The position numbers and the translations under genes are program-made. From Tubulanus polymorphus (taxonomy: Eukaryota > Animalia > Nemertea): a stretch of DNA of 64,000 nt. This document shows, in pieces, positions 61,901 through 64,000 of this stretch; positions within the stretch are counted from its first letter, which is position 1, and every line of letters starts with the position of its first letter. The stretch lies in NCBI RefSeq assembly GCF_964204645.1, contig NC_134030.1, forward strand, positions 22,094,210 to 22,158,209, given 5' to 3'. The notes below the pieces were generated by a model. The model saw only the letters and a program-made list of their open reading frames with translations. It had not been told where the DNA came from and searched no databases.

Positions 61901-63979
61901 GATCTTTTGACTTGAGAGTGATATCTGAGTTGGATGATACAGTAGACTCCGCTCAAGTCAGATCTTTTGACTTGAGAGTGATATCTGAGTTGGATGATAC
62001 AGTAGACTCCGCTCAAGTCTGATCTTTTGACTTGAGAGTGATATCTGAGTTGGATGATACAGTAGACTCCGCTAAAGTCTGATCTTTTGACTTGAGAGTG
62101 ATATCTGAGTTGGATGGTACAGTAGACTCCGCTCAAGTCGGATCTTTTGACTTGAGAGCGATATCTGAATTGGATGATACAGTAGACTCCACTCAAGTGG
62201 GATCTTTTGACTCATACCTGTATTTTGAGAAGCACTCTTCGATATATCTGCAGGTTGATCTGTGATATCAGAAAAAAAAACAAAGTTTATTTTCATGTCT
62301 CGGTTCGGAGCCAGTTCAGTGGAATTTCAATTTCTGTCTGCTTAAATTCAAAGTAACTCTATTTTCTCACCTGAACAAACGGCGTTAAAAACCTCTTCGA
62401 ATCCAAGGATTTCCATCGCAGGCGTCTTTTGTTTCCGTTTCCTTTTCCGTTTTTTAGGAACCGAGCTGCTAGTATCTGTATGGCTAGATACGGCACTGCT
62501 AGGAACAGCACTGCTAGATACGGCACTGCTAGGAACTGCAGCGATAGGAACTGCACTGCTAGGAACAGCACTGTTAGGAACTGCACTGCTAGGAACCACA
62601 CAGCTAGGAACTGTACTGCTAGGAACCACACAGCTAGGAACTGTACTGCTAGGAACCACAGCAGAAAAACCTGTTTGAAAAAATAATAATCAATATTTGG
62701 TTTTAATTCTATGGATGGTATTATCATTAGCCAATCAGAATGCATGTTTCATTTAGAGTCCTTTTTAGAGTCATTCTTTTTCATGGCAGAGTCTCACGAT
62801 GTCATCAGGTTCAAATCCCTGAGGGAGGAACATGGCAGAGTCTCACGATGTCATCAGGTTCAAATCCCTGCGAGGGAGGAACGTGGCAGAGTCACACGAT
62901 GTCATCAGGTTCGAATCCCTGCGAGGGAGGGACGTGGCAGAGTCTCACGATGTCATCAGGAACGAATCCCTGCGAGGGAGGAACGTGGCAGAGTCTCGCG
63001 ATGTCATCAGGTTCGAATCCCTGCGAGGGTGGGATGTGCCAGAGTCTCACGATGTCATCAGGTTCGAATCCCTGCGATGGTGGAATGTGGCAGAGTCTCA
63101 CGATGTCATCAGGAACGAATCCCTGCGAGGGAGGAACGTGGCAGAGTCACACGATGTCATCAGGTTCAAATCCCTGCGAGGGAGGAACGTGGCAGAGTCT
63201 CACGATGTCATCAGGAACGAATCCCTGCGAGGGAGGAACGTGGCAGAGTCACACGATGTCATCAGGTTCAAATCCCTGCGAGGGAGGAACGTGGCAGTCT
63301 CACGATGTCATCAGGAACGAATCCCTGCGAGGGAGGAACGTGGCAGAGTCACACGATGTCATCAGGTTCAAATCCCTGCGAGGGAGGAACGTGGCAGAGT
63401 CTCACGATGTCATCAGGTTCAAATCCCTGTGAGGGAGGAACGTGGCAGAGTCACACGATGTCATCAGGTTCAAATCCCTGCGAGGGAGGGACGTGGCAGA
63501 GTCTCACGATGTCATCAGGTTCAAATCCCTGCGAGGGAGGAACGTGGCAGAGTCTCGCGATGTCATCAGGTTCAAATCCCTGTGAGGGAGGAACGTGGCA
63601 GAGTCACACGATGTCATCAGGTTCAAATCCCTGCGAGGGAGGGACGTGGCAGAGTCTCACGATGTCATCAGGTTCAAATCCCTGCGAGGGAGGAACATGG
63701 CAGAGTCTCACGATGTCATCAGGTTCAAATCCCTGCGAGGGAGGAACTTGGCAGAGTCAGGTTCAGTAATCCCTGCGAGGTTCATAAAGAACCCTGTTTT
63801 TTGCTTACCTCCATTTTTAAGCGCGACAAACTGATCAATAATATTGATCAATGATAAGCCGTATACGTTAGTTGGATATTCTCGGCCCTTGCGCAACAAC
63901 GTGACGTATTCCTTCAGATATAAACACTCATCCAGAAACACATTGTACGTATTGAAACAAGACTCTTCTTTTAGGTAAC
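49927..63979 (-). CDS. NPAT: Protein NPAT / Mxc-like histone locus body scaffold (~2,590 aa in window; first exon outside window)
   Basis: Frame-consistent exons: 63979-63809, 62670-62371, 62259-62218, 61123-60952, 60601-60520, 59959-59704, 59084-56808, 55878-51547, 50674-50553, 49953-49927 (last two less certain). The LisH-type segment GYLKEESCFNTYNVFLDECLYLKEY matches NPAT's N-terminus and starts after a phase-1 intron at the Gly. LQERLAETINK and DPAFDELFNLF match the NPAT LQEKLAENINK and DPAFQALFDLFD motifs. Many S/T-P-x-K/R CDK-type sites (TPKR, TPRK, SPKR, SPVK). Confidence 0.88.
51547..55878 (-). CDS. NPAT: NPAT large exon (4,332 nt), low-complexity and basic
   Basis: Lies within the 1500-aa ORF; acceptor tttttcag at 55879, donor gtataa at 51546; phase 1 at both ends. 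Confidence 0.85.
53784..59042. promoter_or_regulatory. Clusters of CTCF-consensus motifs inside NPAT coding exons (putative)
   Basis: Repeated matches to CCASYAGRKGGCRS, e.g. ccaccaggtggcgt 53823, ccactagggggcga 54162, tcactagatggcgc 54531/54705/54843, ccaccagggggcac 57863, ccactagggggcgc 57911, and minus-strand ccagcaggtggcagca at 58753. Motif match only; binding not shown. Confidence 0.6.
56085..56792 (+). repeat. Intronic 27-30-bp minisatellite with ~278-bp higher-order repeat
   Basis: tgatgatgtcatagagggatttatggagg units; marker ggagttagctatgtg recurs at 56142, 56421, 56698. Confidence 0.93.
56808..59084 (-). CDS. NPAT: NPAT large exon (2,277 nt) with HQVAAP and APPSGG repeats
   Basis: Overlaps the 718-aa ORF; acceptor ctttcag at 59085, donor gtaagt at 56807; phase 1 at both ends. 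Confidence 0.85.
61251..62212 (+). repeat. Intronic 60-bp satellite, ~16 copies
   Basis: atatctgagttggatgatacagtagactccgctcaagtcagatcttttgacttgagagtg aligned line by line. Confidence 0.97.
62783..63780 (+). repeat. Intronic 51-bp satellite (~19-20 copies) carrying Pol III B-box motifs
   Basis: Unit gtggcagagtctcacgatgtcatcaggttc(a/g)aatccctgcgagggaggaac. Confidence 0.95.
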
Positions 63980-64000
63980 CTAAAAATAGACACACATTCT

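Noticed and set aside
61288-62196. 302-aa and 156-aa repeat ORFs
   Set aside because: 60-bp satellite inside an NPAT intron bounded by clear splice sites.
62711-63854. Overlapping 352/340/230-aa ORFs
   Set aside because: The 51-bp satellite is open in all three plus-strand frames and lies in an NPAT intron.

Overview
AT-rich eukaryotic DNA with GT-AG spliced genes; gene content suggests a bilaterian invertebrate, probably a lophotrochozoan (inference). Three genes are readable. (1) 637-28434 (+): a gene the ORF track largely misses, made of at least 74 short exons (12-156 nt). Every exon is a multiple of 3 and flanked by phase-1 introns. They splice into a stop-free frame of about 1,270 aa of a charged, probably helical protein I do not recognise. 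Its 3' two-thirds grew by overlapping multi-exon tandem duplications (A-B-A'-B'-C-B''-C'), and one compared exon pair is more diverged than its adjacent intron. (2) 37923-44623 (+): a 3-exon, ~1,950-aa GRL101-like receptor (signal peptide, CUB, C-type lectin, LDLa, LRR, rhodopsin-type 7TM). (3) 49927-63979 (-): an enlarged NPAT/Mxc orthologue (LisH, LQERLAETINK and DPAFDELFNLF motifs; first exon lies beyond the window). Its large exons contain about 30 CTCF-consensus DNA motifs read as different peptides in both orientations, and one intron carries a 51-bp tandem array of Pol III B-boxes. Introns and intergenic DNA hold a HINE-like element, nested IS3EU-like non-autonomous elements, small MITEs, decayed CR1-like LINE fragments and many minisatellites. 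All exon calls were made by eye from splice signals and frame continuity, without transcript data.
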